This document shows, piece by piece, positions 16,985-26,142 of a stretch of 45,982 nucleotides of DNA. Made by a program: the position numbers and the translations under genes. Under the pieces are notes generated by a model that was not told the DNA's origin, made no database searches, and was given only the letters and a program-made list of their open reading frames with translations. Numbering within the stretch: position 1 is the first letter of the stretch; the number at the start of each line of letters is the position of its first letter. The stretch lies in IMG/VR virus record IMGVR_UViG_2627853872_000003; one strand, written 5' to 3'. The DNA comes from a virus (lineage: Duplodnaviria; Heunggongvirae; Uroviricota; Caudoviricetes).

Positions 16985-17058
16985 CGGGGTATGGGAAAGC
17001 TTGGCAATCCGCCTCGTTCGGGACGAGGAGACCGGCGGTTCAAATCCGTCTACCCCGA
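16985..17058 (+). tRNA. tRNA-Pro(CGG)
   Basis: Cloverleaf; loop TT-CGG-GA. Confidence 0.9.
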
Positions 17059-17136
17059 CGTTGGTTTTGCACGCTACCTAGCAGTATCTTTTGGATAGAT
17101 GATAGTATCTGCCAAACAGATACCGGAGGAGTGGAC

Positions 17137-17772
17137 ATGACCTACCCCGATACGAGCATCGCGCACCCCACCGATATCGTCCGCGAGGCTGATGCGCCTT
17201 GGCATACGGGCGACGTGTTCAGCCTTCGCGGCTTGGTCGACGCCGCAGTGCTGATCCGCCCCTTGTCCAGACACGTTTACGCATCGCGATGGAGCCACGA
17301 CGGTAGAGCAACGGCGATCGTCGCCGATATAGCGGTGCTAGAGGACCACAACCATGCCGCCAGCCTCTACAGCCAAGTCACCATTTTCCAACCGAACGTT
17401 GTCAAGGCGCTGTGTGCGGTTCTGGACAATCCGCAGGTTTTCACCGTCGCCGGCGTGGTGTCCACGATCGGCGATAGTGAGCGGCGCGCCTTGGTGCTAG
17501 CTCCACTACCGGAGGCTCTGGTCCCTTTCGCCGCTGCAGAAGCAGCAGCGCGGGACTGGGACTATCCCCCGGACTACGACGCAATCGTGGGCCGCAAGAT
17601 CGCCGCTCTGCGCAGCGATAAAGGACTTCCCCAGGCCGCCCTAGCGGGCGTATTGGGTGTCATGCAGTCGGGCGTATCCGACATTGAATCCGGACGACGG
17701 TCATTGGACCTCAAGAAGTTGTATGCCATCGCATCTGCACTGAGCGTGCCAGTGCATGAGCTGTTGCCCTGA
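17137..17772 (+). CDS. Protein with C-terminal XRE HTH
   Basis: KIAALRSDKGLPQAALAGVLGVMQSGVSDIESGRR; GGAGGA RBS. Confidence 0.85.
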   Translation: MTYPDTSIAHPTDIVREADAPWHTGDVFSLRGLVDAAVLIRPLSRHVYASRWSHDGRATAIVADIAVLEDHNHAASLYSQVTIFQPNVVKALCAVLDNPQVFTVAGVVSTIGDSERRALVLAPLPEALVPFAAAEAAARDWDYPPDYDAIVGRKIAALRSDKGLPQAALAGVLGVMQSGVSDIESGRRSLDLKKLYAIASALSVPVHELLP

Positions 17773-17783
17773 CGGGCGCAACA

Positions 17784-17811
17784 ATGACATCCGATTGCAT
17801 TGCGATATAAC
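17784..17811 (+). promoter_or_regulatory. Possible sigma-A promoter for tRNA-Ser(GCT)
   Basis: ATGACA-16 nt-TATAAC ending 7 nt before the tRNA. Confidence 0.35.
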
Positions 17812-17817
17812 AAATTT

Positions 17818-17903
17818 GGAGACGTGGCAGAGCGGCGAATGCAGCGCGTTGCTAGCGCGTAGTCGACCTACATCGGCCGAGGGTTCGAGTCCCTCCGTCT
17901 CCG
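17818..17903 (+). tRNA. tRNA-Ser(GCT)
   Basis: Cloverleaf, long variable arm, G73. Confidence 0.88.
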
Positions 17904-18847
17904 CGGGCATCACACGCTTTGGGGTTCTTGTCCGCCAGCTACCCTCGCCGTACTGTTTGGCCCATGGCTAACGTACTCGGAGGACGGTGGTGATGGGTCG
18001 ACCGTTTCCTGAGGCGGAACGGGCATTGGCGCTGGATACGTCGGTGCTGGCGCCGCCGCTGGCTGCTGAGCGGTTGGGGCGCACGGTGGGCAGCGTCCGT
18101 ACTTTCGTTGCAGCCGCAAGATCCTGAACGATCGCGATAACGGGTTCACCGTCGAGGATCGCCGCCGTACCGACAAGATTGCTGTTGCGCCTGTTGCGCC
18201 TGCTGCCCCAGAGACCCATCAAGTGCCGTACTGACGAACACGACAAACAATTCACTCAGAGACAAAGGTCAAGTAATGCGTCGATTTGAAAGGTACTGGG
18301 CATGGCTCACCGCCATCGGGGCGCAGATACTAATCGTGGCCAACGTCATTGATCATGACTGGTTCGGTGTTGTGATCGGGGTCTTGGCGCTGCCGGTGGG
18401 TCTGTGGTGGGTGTACGACAACCGGAACTCGGAGAGAACCGCCGCCGAACAAGAACAGCTGGCCGCTGAATGGACCGACGCCAAGGTGCAGGATGTGATC
18501 GCAGGTCATCATGATCAAGTCAGCGCGGTGAAGGCGATGCGAGCAGCTGATCCCCGACTCGGGTTGGTCACCGCCACTCGACTTGTACGGCGGGCCAGAG
18601 CGCCACAAGAAACCACCCATGATCCCAATGCCCAGCGAGGCGGTAGCAACTCTCGGCCCGATGCTGACCGGCGTTGACGCCGGCAACAACACACCGCATC
18701 TTCGCGCATTTTCGCACTGAACACCACCTGTCTACACCCGAACGAAACACGTATCGGCAAGCAACAGACATTTTCTGGATGGTCGAGGAGGCTTCGAGTC
18801 CCTCCGGCTCCGCCGGCATCACACACTCTGGGGTTCTTGTTCGCCAG
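17884..18847 (+). repeat. 55-bp imperfect direct repeat (17884-17938 / 18793-18847) containing the tRNA-Ser 3' end
   Basis: 50/55 identical by manual alignment. Confidence 0.85.
18276..18677 (+). CDS. Membrane protein with 2 TM helices
   Basis: Two N-terminal hydrophobic helices plus a soluble helical domain. Confidence 0.75.
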   Translation: MRRFERYWAWLTAIGAQILIVANVIDHDWFGVVIGVLALPVGLWWVYDNRNSERTAAEQEQLAAEWTDAKVQDVIAGHHDQVSAVKAMRAADPRLGLVTATRLVRRARAPQETTHDPNAQRGGSNSRPDADRR

Positions 18848-18895
18848 TACACACTTTTCAGTAGCGTAAGTTTCTGCGCCGTGTGCCTGCCAGGG

Positions 18896-20476
18896 TCAAG
18901 CAGATGTGGCCGGTCGCTTACCGTTGATCGAAGAATGGGCAGCCTGCAGAACACCGTCCGGCGTTGTGAACGGGTCCGCACCGAAGGTGTACAAGCGGCC
19001 GGTGCCGACACCCGTCGGATGCGCGATTGAGATTTGTTCGTCGCTCGTCATTTCGCTGAAGGGGAAAGTGCCGATGTCCACGGTCACGTCGTCGGGGACG
19101 AATGTGGCCCAACCCGTAATCCGTTCCCCTGGCTTCCATCCAGTGGCTTGTCGTTGCGCATCGGTGCCAAAAGAGGCTGTGTCAGCGCCCAGCATGCTTA
19201 CCGCAAATTTGAGTACGTCTTTGATCAGGTCAGGAGTTGCGACTTCCCTTGCTGTGTCACCTGGCCCGAAGTCGACGCGCAGGGATGAACGCAGCGGCGG
19301 CTGGTTCGCAGCGGTGCCTGTTGACATCCCTGTGCGCAGCAGCAGCGTGATCGGTGCTTGGGCGGGAACGGCGGTGCGCAGATGCAAGATGTAGTTGTTT
19401 GAACTCAAGACGACGAGGCGCCGGCGGACCGCTTCGTTGAGCTGGTCGACCGGTGTAGTTGCGAAATCGACGGGTTGGCGCAGGTCATCTGGAATAGTTA
19501 CAGCGGCACCTGCGAGTTCAGTAACCATCTCCCAACTCCGCAGGGCGGGGTGGCTCGCCAACTGCGTAAGGTACTGCGTAATGAGTTGTGCAGACGGGAC
19601 GGCCGGCTCGAAGCGGAACGGCCACGAGGCCACAGCTGTGGCCGTCGAGGAGACCGGCGGGGGTACGGCGGGTATCCAGTCAGGGCGGCCGGTATCCGGG
19701 TATCCCAGAGCCGCCCTGATCGCCAACGCGGCGTCCAATGGCGGACGTAATGGATCGGCGCCAAGCGTGTAGATCGCACCTGGCGGGTTGGATGTTCTGT
19801 TGCCGCTCGTCGTGCGCAGAACCGAACTGACAAGCTCGACGGGGAAAAGTGCCGAATTGACAATCGCCGCATCGGGGATGAAAGTAGCCCAGCCGATGGG
19901 CATTTGGTCAGATCCGAGGTCCCAGTTCTGCTGATCACGGAAATCGCTACTGAGGAAGGACGCGTGCAATCCTCCGAGATTGAGGGCGGCGATCATCGCC
20001 GTGATGATTGCTACTGGTGTGGCGTGTGCAGCTGCCGATTCTTGTGTGTTAAACCTGAGCGCGGCGTAGTTCTGTATCCCGACAATCGAAGCCCCAACCC
20101 GCAACTCAAGGGAAACATCGAGAGTCGGATCATCGGAAGCTATACCCAGAAGCAGTGGATATCCGTAGTCAGTCGATGCTGCCTGCAGCCCCGCGGCTAG
20201 TCGTTCGTTCAGCTCGTCAGTGGTCGATGCAGCAGTAATCGGTCGCCCCAGGTAGGGATCTGGAAGCGATTCAGGCAAGGGGCCGTCGGGTAACGGGTCC
20301 GGGGGCAGGTACTGATTCCATTGCGAGAAGCCAGGATCCAGGCCTGTCAGCGCCCCCAGATAGCGCAATATATCCGCCGCGTGCTGAATAGTTTGGTCCT
20401 GGAAAAGAATTGAACTGTCCCAAACAGATCGGATGGTATACACACTCGGCATATCGTTAGGCACAGTCATGCGCAT
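18896..20476 (-). CDS. Probable immunity protein with two tandem Imm52-like domains
   Basis: Internal repeat (YL..L...P....W / ATP / GWATF.PD / G.(I/L)YT(L/F)GADP twice); directly follows the REase toxin; GGAGG RBS. Confidence 0.65.
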   Translation of the reverse strand: MRMTVPNDMPSVYTIRSVWDSSILFQDQTIQHAADILRYLGALTGLDPGFSQWNQYLPPDPLPDGPLPESLPDPYLGRPITAASTTDELNERLAAGLQAASTDYGYPLLLGIASDDPTLDVSLELRVGASIVGIQNYAALRFNTQESAAAHATPVAIITAMIAALNLGGLHASFLSSDFRDQQNWDLGSDQMPIGWATFIPDAAIVNSALFPVELVSSVLRTTSGNRTSNPPGAIYTLGADPLRPPLDAALAIRAALGYPDTGRPDWIPAVPPPVSSTATAVASWPFRFEPAVPSAQLITQYLTQLASHPALRSWEMVTELAGAAVTIPDDLRQPVDFATTPVDQLNEAVRRRLVVLSSNNYILHLRTAVPAQAPITLLLRTGMSTGTAANQPPLRSSLRVDFGPGDTAREVATPDLIKDVLKFAVSMLGADTASFGTDAQRQATGWKPGERITGWATFVPDDVTVDIGTFPFSEMTSDEQISIAHPTGVGTGRLYTFGADPFTTPDGVLQAAHSSINGKRPATSA

Positions 20477-20489
20477 CTACCTCCAAAAC

Positions 20490-21302
20490 CTATGGTGTGT
20501 AAAAGACTTGTACGCCGCGCACGTTGCGCATCGCAAGCTCTTCTCGGAAGAACTTTGAGAAGCTCAATGAATTTGTATGCACCTGGTAACCCATGCCGTT
20601 CGCGAAACAAATCCTTGCCGAGTCTTCCATTTGGTCCAGATCCTTGCCCAGCGCACTCGACCCGATTTTCGGAAGGGTGTAGAACTTGGCGTACGGGTCA
20701 TACATCTTGCATTCCTGGACGTATCCGTCGCGATAGCCGTCGGCCACTTTGTCGCCGCCGTGCCGGTCCGTGCCAGGCAACTTATACCCAAACCCGCGCG
20801 GAACACCGGTAACACGCTCCTGGTAGTCACCCCACCCAGCCTTCCGGTCTCCCCCTTGCCGCTGGTACGTTCCGGTACCACCGAGGTTCTGCTGTGGGAT
20901 TGAACCAGGGGGTAACTGACCCAGACTTTTGGCGACCTGAGCCTCACCACGCGCAACCAACGCTCGGGCATCGTCTTCCAGCTTCTTGTATGCCGCCCTC
21001 ACAGCGTCAATCTGCGCGTTGTTGTCGTCAATTTGACGATTCAACGCATCCGAACGCGCGATTAGGTCGGCCCTTCGACTGTTCCACGCCTGCCCCTCTG
21101 ATTCTGGAGCCGTTGGAGGCGGCTTCGAAGCTGCGAGGCTGTCCCATTCCGCTTCTAGCGCCTGCCGCTGAGCATCCAACGCCGCGCGCCGTGCCTTAAC
21201 GGGTTCCCCGCGACGATCTACCTCTAGCATCCGCGCCCACAACAGCCGGAGTTGAATCTGAATATCGCGGGACCACCGCGAGTCAGCGTCTGGGTGCGTC
21301 AT
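20490..21302 (-). CDS. Polymorphic toxin: coiled-coil N-terminus plus Tox-REase-5-like nuclease (start uncertain, up to 21386)
   Basis: WGDYQERVTG..ADG..VQECK..DQM PD-(D/E)xK pattern. Confidence 0.75.
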   Translation of the reverse strand: MTHPDADSRWSRDIQIQLRLLWARMLEVDRRGEPVKARRAALDAQRQALEAEWDSLAASKPPPTAPESEGQAWNSRRADLIARSDALNRQIDDNNAQIDAVRAAYKKLEDDARALVARGEAQVAKSLGQLPPGSIPQQNLGGTGTYQRQGGDRKAGWGDYQERVTGVPRGFGYKLPGTDRHGGDKVADGYRDGYVQECKMYDPYAKFYTLPKIGSSALGKDLDQMEDSARICFANGMGYQVHTNSLSFSKFFREELAMRNVRGVQVFYTP

Positions 21303-21667
21303 CTTGGCCGCGCTACAAGGCCGGTATTCGACATATGCAGACCCCCATTCAGCAAACCAACACCCTTTGGAAGCGGAAGCTACCACTCACGGCAAACAGC
21401 CACAATCCGAACAAGGTCACGGAATGAACTGAGGCCGCATGCGTTGCCACACCCCAATAACCAAAAGAGCCTTACCAGCGATCCGTCATCGACCGAACCC
21501 CTTGTTGAGCTGAGTCTTGCGGCAACGTGGGTGTCTCACGCCTCCCACCACGGGGGGAAATTCGCAGTTCCTGGGACCGGTTCAACCGTGACTGTTCGAG
21601 CTCAGTAATACCCTGCCACTAGGCTGCGTGCGAGTGCCCGCGGCGTCAGAGAAGGTTGAGGGGCCGA

Positions 21668-22333
21668 GTGACCGCAGACGAATTCGTCAACAGAATGTCC
21701 GGCTACAGCTACGTCTCGACGAGGTCGCGACACTACCGGGATACCCTCCAGGCGGCTCGACTTGGACATCTGGCGCCAAACTGGCGCGACAACCTGCGTC
21801 CTATCTCCGCTCAGGTTGGCGGCCCGGAGTACCACGTCGATGCTGAGGCCACTGCGGTGGCCGAGCTACAGAACCTGCCAATCATGCCGTGGGAGCCACA
21901 CCAAGCCGATTGGCGGATGGCACTTGACTGCTGGTACTCCGCAGCTCGGAAAGCTGCCGTAGAGGATTATGCGAACAAGGCGCTCGAGAGCCTGGAACAG
22001 TTACGGAGAAGCCCGATGGTCGAGGCCTTGATTCCGGGACGGAAGCTCGCCGAGAGCATTCTCACCCTGGTTGCGCCGCACGACAACCGTGTGAATGAGA
22101 CGCGCCATTTGCAGGACTGGCTTTACGTCACCGAGACAACCAGTCTTACAGCCGCCTATATGGCAGGGCTTGCAGCCGGAGGCGAAGAGATCGATTGGCG
22201 AAGCTGGTACCGCGAACAGATCACGGCGTGGCCTGACGGACACATGATGCGTCGCCGCGCCGAAGCCGAAATCCAACATGGCAGATACGAGTTCCTCCCC
22301 GAGTACTGGATGAACGAACAGTCCCCCAGCTGA
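21668..22333 (+). CDS. Unknown helical protein, paralogous to the core of 24817..26022
   Basis: PWEPHQA.WR.ALD.WY, AGL.AGG...DW..WYR and LPEYW shared. Confidence 0.8.
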   Translation: MTADEFVNRMSGYSYVSTRSRHYRDTLQAARLGHLAPNWRDNLRPISAQVGGPEYHVDAEATAVAELQNLPIMPWEPHQADWRMALDCWYSAARKAAVEDYANKALESLEQLRRSPMVEALIPGRKLAESILTLVAPHDNRVNETRHLQDWLYVTETTSLTAAYMAGLAAGGEEIDWRSWYREQITAWPDGHMMRRRAEAEIQHGRYEFLPEYWMNEQSPS

Positions 22334-22338
22334 CGGAA

Positions 22339-22581
22339 TTATCCAGCTGAGCCTGAAGGCCGCCCAGTCTCCCAGTCCCACACGGGGTCCGGCACAGGCA
22401 ACGGAATGTATTCGGCGCCTTCGCTTTCGGCCTGCTCGCGTGCGGCATCTTCTTCATCTGCGGTGTACGTGACAAACGTGGCCGGACGCCCCGGAAGTCG
22501 AACCATCGACGTAATGTCCGCGAGCGTGACACCGCGACGTTTCGGCGTTTCACGAGTGTGCACTGGGGTGGGTTCGCTCAC
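22339..22581 (-). CDS. Hypothetical protein
   Basis: Protein-like, coupled to upstream gene. Confidence 0.7.
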   Translation of the reverse strand: MSEPTPVHTRETPKRRGVTLADITSMVRLPGRPATFVTYTADEEDAAREQAESEGAEYIPLPVPDPVWDWETGRPSGSAG

Positions 22582-22647
22582 GGTGAGTCAGTATCGCAGT
22601 CGCCGGCGACAATGCCGCGCACCACGCTGGAGCTCTGTCCGTGCCCG

Positions 22648-23400
22648 CTACTTGGGCGCTGGCGGAGCAGGCTCGGCAACGGTCCACGCTCCCGACGACC
22701 CGATGAGCCTTCCGGCCCCGGCCGTCTCCGTGCGTGCACCAGCGATAGGGCCGGCCACATCGGCAGCACCAGAAGTGATCTTGGCGGTGCGCCCATTGAG
22801 CGTGATCGAAATGACCCCAGCTGCGGTGAACACCGCAGTCGCCTTCTCGGCGCGATACACGGTCTGGGTGCTGCCGGGAACTGTGTTCTCCACGCGAGCT
22901 TGCGGGCCGGGCAGCAGCGCGGCTGTCGCGGTGCGCAACGGGAAGGCGATGTCGCCGAAAAGCGCTCCGACGTTCACCCATCCCTCGAAAGCGGTCGGTA
23001 CACCGATCGAGGCCCAGAACGAGGAGTTTCCACGCAGGTACACCAGGTTCGCCGCGACCAGCAGGTCCGCCGATTCCGCTCCAGATCGCACCTTGCCGAT
23101 CGAGTCGCCGGTGGCGGCCTGGACGGTCTCGGTCACTTCGAAGCGGGCCACCGCGGTGGTGACTTGGCTCTCGACATGAACGAAGCCGTTGCTGAGCTCG
23201 GAGCGTGCGTCGGCTACCGCGGCAAGCTCCATCACGGACAGCTCACGTTCGGGCGGGGGTGGCGGTAGCACCGGATCCCGCAGCATCAGCCAGGCGACGA
23301 GCGGCACAGCTGCCAGCGCCCACACGAGCGCGATCACTAGTCCGCTACGTGCGGCCTTCTGCTTCAGAGTCAGTCCGGGCAGTTCCCACATCTCGCGCAC
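22648..23400 (-). CDS. Membrane-anchored exported protein
   Basis: N-terminal TM, Pro linker, beta-rich domain (VYLRGNSSFW). Confidence 0.8.
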   Translation of the reverse strand: MREMWELPGLTLKQKAARSGLVIALVWALAAVPLVAWLMLRDPVLPPPPPERELSVMELAAVADARSELSNGFVHVESQVTTAVARFEVTETVQAATGDSIGKVRSGAESADLLVAANLVYLRGNSSFWASIGVPTAFEGWVNVGALFGDIAFPLRTATAALLPGPQARVENTVPGSTQTVYRAEKATAVFTAAGVISITLNGRTAKITSGAADVAGPIAGARTETAGAGRLIGSSGAWTVAEPAPPAPK

Positions 23401-23608
23401 AGTCGCTTCTCCCTTGTCGCTGGTCCCCTGCGCGGGGTCGCGGCGGAAGTTATCTGCCGCGCAGAGGACGTGTCGGCTGGGGCGCGGAATTCAGCGATGG
23501 CTGTCGTGGCGTGTCCACTGGCCCCAAGCGTTTCCGCATCAGTACTGTGCTGACAAAGTCGTGGGGGCGACTTTGTCGGAAGGTCCGCACAATTCGGGGA
23601 GGAATTTC

Positions 23609-24286
23609 ATGAAACGCGATCACGTGTCGATTGTCGACGCTTCCGAACAAGACCTCGAGCGTCTCGGTGACTGGTACACGCTGGCCGGCGGGCGACCCGG
23701 AGACGCTACAGACCAAGCCAACCTGATCAAGGCCAGAGAGTCCGGGGTGTTGGGCAGCGCTATCGGTAACACTTTGCCGGAGAACACCAAACGACTCTTC
23801 AGAACCCAGTTCAAGGACTGGTTCTTCGCCCGAACAGCCGTCAAGGCACTGGTGGTCGGCGGGGAGACGCGCGGAGTGTTGGCGATGGGCGCTCACCCGA
23901 TGCTGTGGGATCGGATTACCAAGTACCCCGGCGAGACTCTGAATATCCAGGATGTGGATTCATGGCCAGCATGGGCAAAGTCGTTCACAGTTTCGGCGTT
24001 AACAACGGCCAAGCTGCACCTAGTTGCGGTGTCGCCCGAGTTCCAAGGCAAGGGCTACGGCTCCCGGCTGCTGAAGCGCGCGCTCAAGATATCTGAGCAC
24101 GGCAACACCGCCATGCTCTACGGGCAATTCGAAGCACGCCGGCAGGGGTTGGCCAAGTTCTACTCGAAGCACGGATTTAAGGTCTCCCCTGAGGGTGAGC
24201 CGTTGCCGATGGTGGTTTTGACTGGTAATCCAGCTGACATCTCCATCCCGCCCGAGGGTGACGCGTACTTCGTTAAGTACTGGTGA
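23609..24286 (+). CDS. GNAT-family acetyltransferase
   Basis: VAVSPEFQGKGYGSRLL motif A, FYSKHGF motif B; GGAGG RBS. Confidence 0.9.
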   Translation: MKRDHVSIVDASEQDLERLGDWYTLAGGRPGDATDQANLIKARESGVLGSAIGNTLPENTKRLFRTQFKDWFFARTAVKALVVGGETRGVLAMGAHPMLWDRITKYPGETLNIQDVDSWPAWAKSFTVSALTTAKLHLVAVSPEFQGKGYGSRLLKRALKISEHGNTAMLYGQFEARRQGLAKFYSKHGFKVSPEGEPLPMVVLTGNPADISIPPEGDAYFVKYW

Positions 24287-24362
24287 GCAGGATTCCGATG
24301 CGGACTTGTCGCGCTGCCGAGTTGTTTTCCATGGCGTGAAGCTTGGCTGTCGACGAGTACCG

Positions 24363-24647
24363 CTAGGCGACGCGGTACCCCAGGAGTGACAGCGCTGACG
24401 ATGGATCCACGACGCCTGGCACTACAGCTCTCGGATCGAAATCGACAATGTCGCCGTCCTCGTTGGCTCCAAATACGTATGTGCGCAACTCGCCTGCGAC
24501 GACTACGACATGATCCAAACGGTCACGTGGTGAAGCGAATTCAGCACGCAACGCATAGTGGCGCTGAGTTGTCCCGATGCGGCTGGGTCTCCGATGCTCC
24601 TCCACCTCAGCTGCGGTGCGGACGAACCCTCCTGGAGTCATGCACAC
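24363..24647 (-). CDS. Hypothetical protein (start uncertain)
   Basis: Protein-like C-terminal two thirds; divergent from the XRE fusion. Confidence 0.5.
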   Translation of the reverse strand: MCMTPGGFVRTAAEVEEHRRPSRIGTTQRHYALRAEFASPRDRLDHVVVVAGELRTYVFGANEDGDIVDFDPRAVVPGVVDPSSALSLLGYRVA

Positions 24648-24759
24648 AACCTATTGTTCATGCAATAAAAAAGCAATCACATCCTCAAATAACCTCGCAG
24701 TGGCGCCTGATTCGTCGCAATTGGCCAGATCATTGCCTGTTGCACGAATTGCATCTATG

Positions 24760-24775
24760 GTTGCATTTATGCAAC
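24760..24775. promoter_or_regulatory. Palindrome GTTGCAT-TT-ATGCAAC, putative operator
   Basis: Perfect 7-bp arms in an AT-rich divergent intergenic region with more TTGCAY half-sites. Confidence 0.5.
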
Positions 24776-24816
24776 AAGGACGGGATGAGACACCCGGAGG
24801 TGCAGATAGGAACACG

Positions 24817-26022
24817 GTGTCCGCATCAAAGACGGCATGGGCGGAATACCTGAAGCGGGCCATGGCGGGCACTCCACAGAACAAGATCGCCGAATCGGCA
24901 GGTGTTTCACCGTCCCAGGTGTCGCGATGGCTGAGGGGCGTGACGGTGCCTTCAGAGAAAACCGTTAGACAGCTGGTGGCTGGTCTGGGCCTTTCTGAAC
25001 ACGAAGCAATGACGGCTGCGGGTCACCTGCTGGAGTCGTTGCCCGCTCCACCCGCCCCTGCTTCGTCGGTACCTGCGCCGAAGCCGTCAGTCGCACTGCC
25101 TGGATTCGGGGCCGAGTCGCACAGCGGGGTGATGGACTTCTTCTATAGGGGCGCCAAGACAAGACATCTCGCGCAGATCCTCCTTCAGGCCCGACACGGA
25201 CTGTTGAGTCCCGATTGGCGCGACCACCTTTTCTCGTACGCGGCACGCTGGGCACCCGAATCGGCGAATGCCAGCGCAGAGGCCGTCGCCATCGCCGAAT
25301 TGCAGAGCCGGCCGATTGAACCGTGGGAGCCACATCAGGCTCCATGGCGTCAAGCTCTCGACAGTTGGTATCTGGCTGCACGCGAGAACGCTGCCGAGGA
25401 GTACGCCAACATGGTGCGACACCATCTAGAGCAGGTAGCCACCGGAGAACACTTGGCCCGTGTATATAGCCACAACAACCGACTTGGAGTGGTCATCCTC
25501 AATAGCGTTGCGCCACTGGATATCCAACGGGACCGGTCACGGGAAATGAACGAGCGGCTGTACTTGGCGAACCGGACCAAACTCACTGCGTTGTATCTGG
25601 CAGGCCTGTCCGCTGGAGGGCTGGATGTCGATTGGAAGACCTGGTACCGCGGCGAGGTAGAAAAGTGGCCAGAAGGTCACCCCGGACGTCCCCGCCACTT
25701 GTTGGAGGCGCGCAACCCACTAGCTGCCAGTCTCCCAGAATATTGGGGATGGCCGGATGACACGAGCAGCATTCCAGCCCCACCTGCAACAGACATCGTC
25801 GGGTTAAGCGCACTGCAACCTGGCGATCGTCTCATCGCGATTCAGAGATATGGTCCGGGCGGAGAGGTGGCGCGGTATCCCGAAGGATGGGTTATCAAAG
25901 ATCCAGCTGCGGTCGTCGACGGTATCGAGCGAATCGAGTTCGATGAAGTTGACTTCGACCTGTGGAAAGGGGCGCACTACGGGAATGAGAGCCTCTTCCA
26001 CATACAAAGGCCTAGCACTTAA
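24817..26022 (+). CDS. XRE HTH fused to an unknown helical domain (start uncertain)
   Basis: QNKIAESAGVSPSQVSRWLRG HTH; core paralogous to 21668..22333. Confidence 0.85.
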   Translation: MSASKTAWAEYLKRAMAGTPQNKIAESAGVSPSQVSRWLRGVTVPSEKTVRQLVAGLGLSEHEAMTAAGHLLESLPAPPAPASSVPAPKPSVALPGFGAESHSGVMDFFYRGAKTRHLAQILLQARHGLLSPDWRDHLFSYAARWAPESANASAEAVAIAELQSRPIEPWEPHQAPWRQALDSWYLAARENAAEEYANMVRHHLEQVATGEHLARVYSHNNRLGVVILNSVAPLDIQRDRSREMNERLYLANRTKLTALYLAGLSAGGLDVDWKTWYRGEVEKWPEGHPGRPRHLLEARNPLAASLPEYWGWPDDTSSIPAPPATDIVGLSALQPGDRLIAIQRYGPGGEVARYPEGWVIKDPAAVVDGIERIEFDEVDFDLWKGAHYGNESLFHIQRPST

Positions 26023-26058
26023 GCCTTACACGTGCCGACTTGCCATCCGAATCCACAC

Positions 26059-26142
26059 TGGTCAAGACTGTCTTGACCACTGAATGACGGCGGTGTAACC
26101 TAGTCCGTGCAGACCCCCCCACACCTGTGGATAAGGGGGTCT
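26059..26142. repeat. Inverted repeats downstream of the DUF3800-like gene, including a perfect DnaA-box sequence
   Basis: TGGTCAAGAC-T-GTCTTGACCA (26059-26079); AGACCCCC..GGGGGTCT (26111-26142) with TTATCCACA on the minus strand at 26126-26134. Confidence 0.75.

Noticed and set aside
6214-17903. The many long ORFs overlapping tRNAs (e.g. 7211..7774, 7396..8100, 6532..6975, 12119..12925)
   Set aside because: Shadow ORFs translating tRNA or structured RNA sequence (RxRxS, GFEP motifs)
17940-18260. Minus-strand ORFs 17968..18255 and 17910..18176
   Set aside because: Two competing frames, low complexity, no RBS; cannot choose between them
26126-26134. Replication origin
   Set aside because: Only one DnaA box; no iterons, AT-rich unwinding region or rep gene nearby
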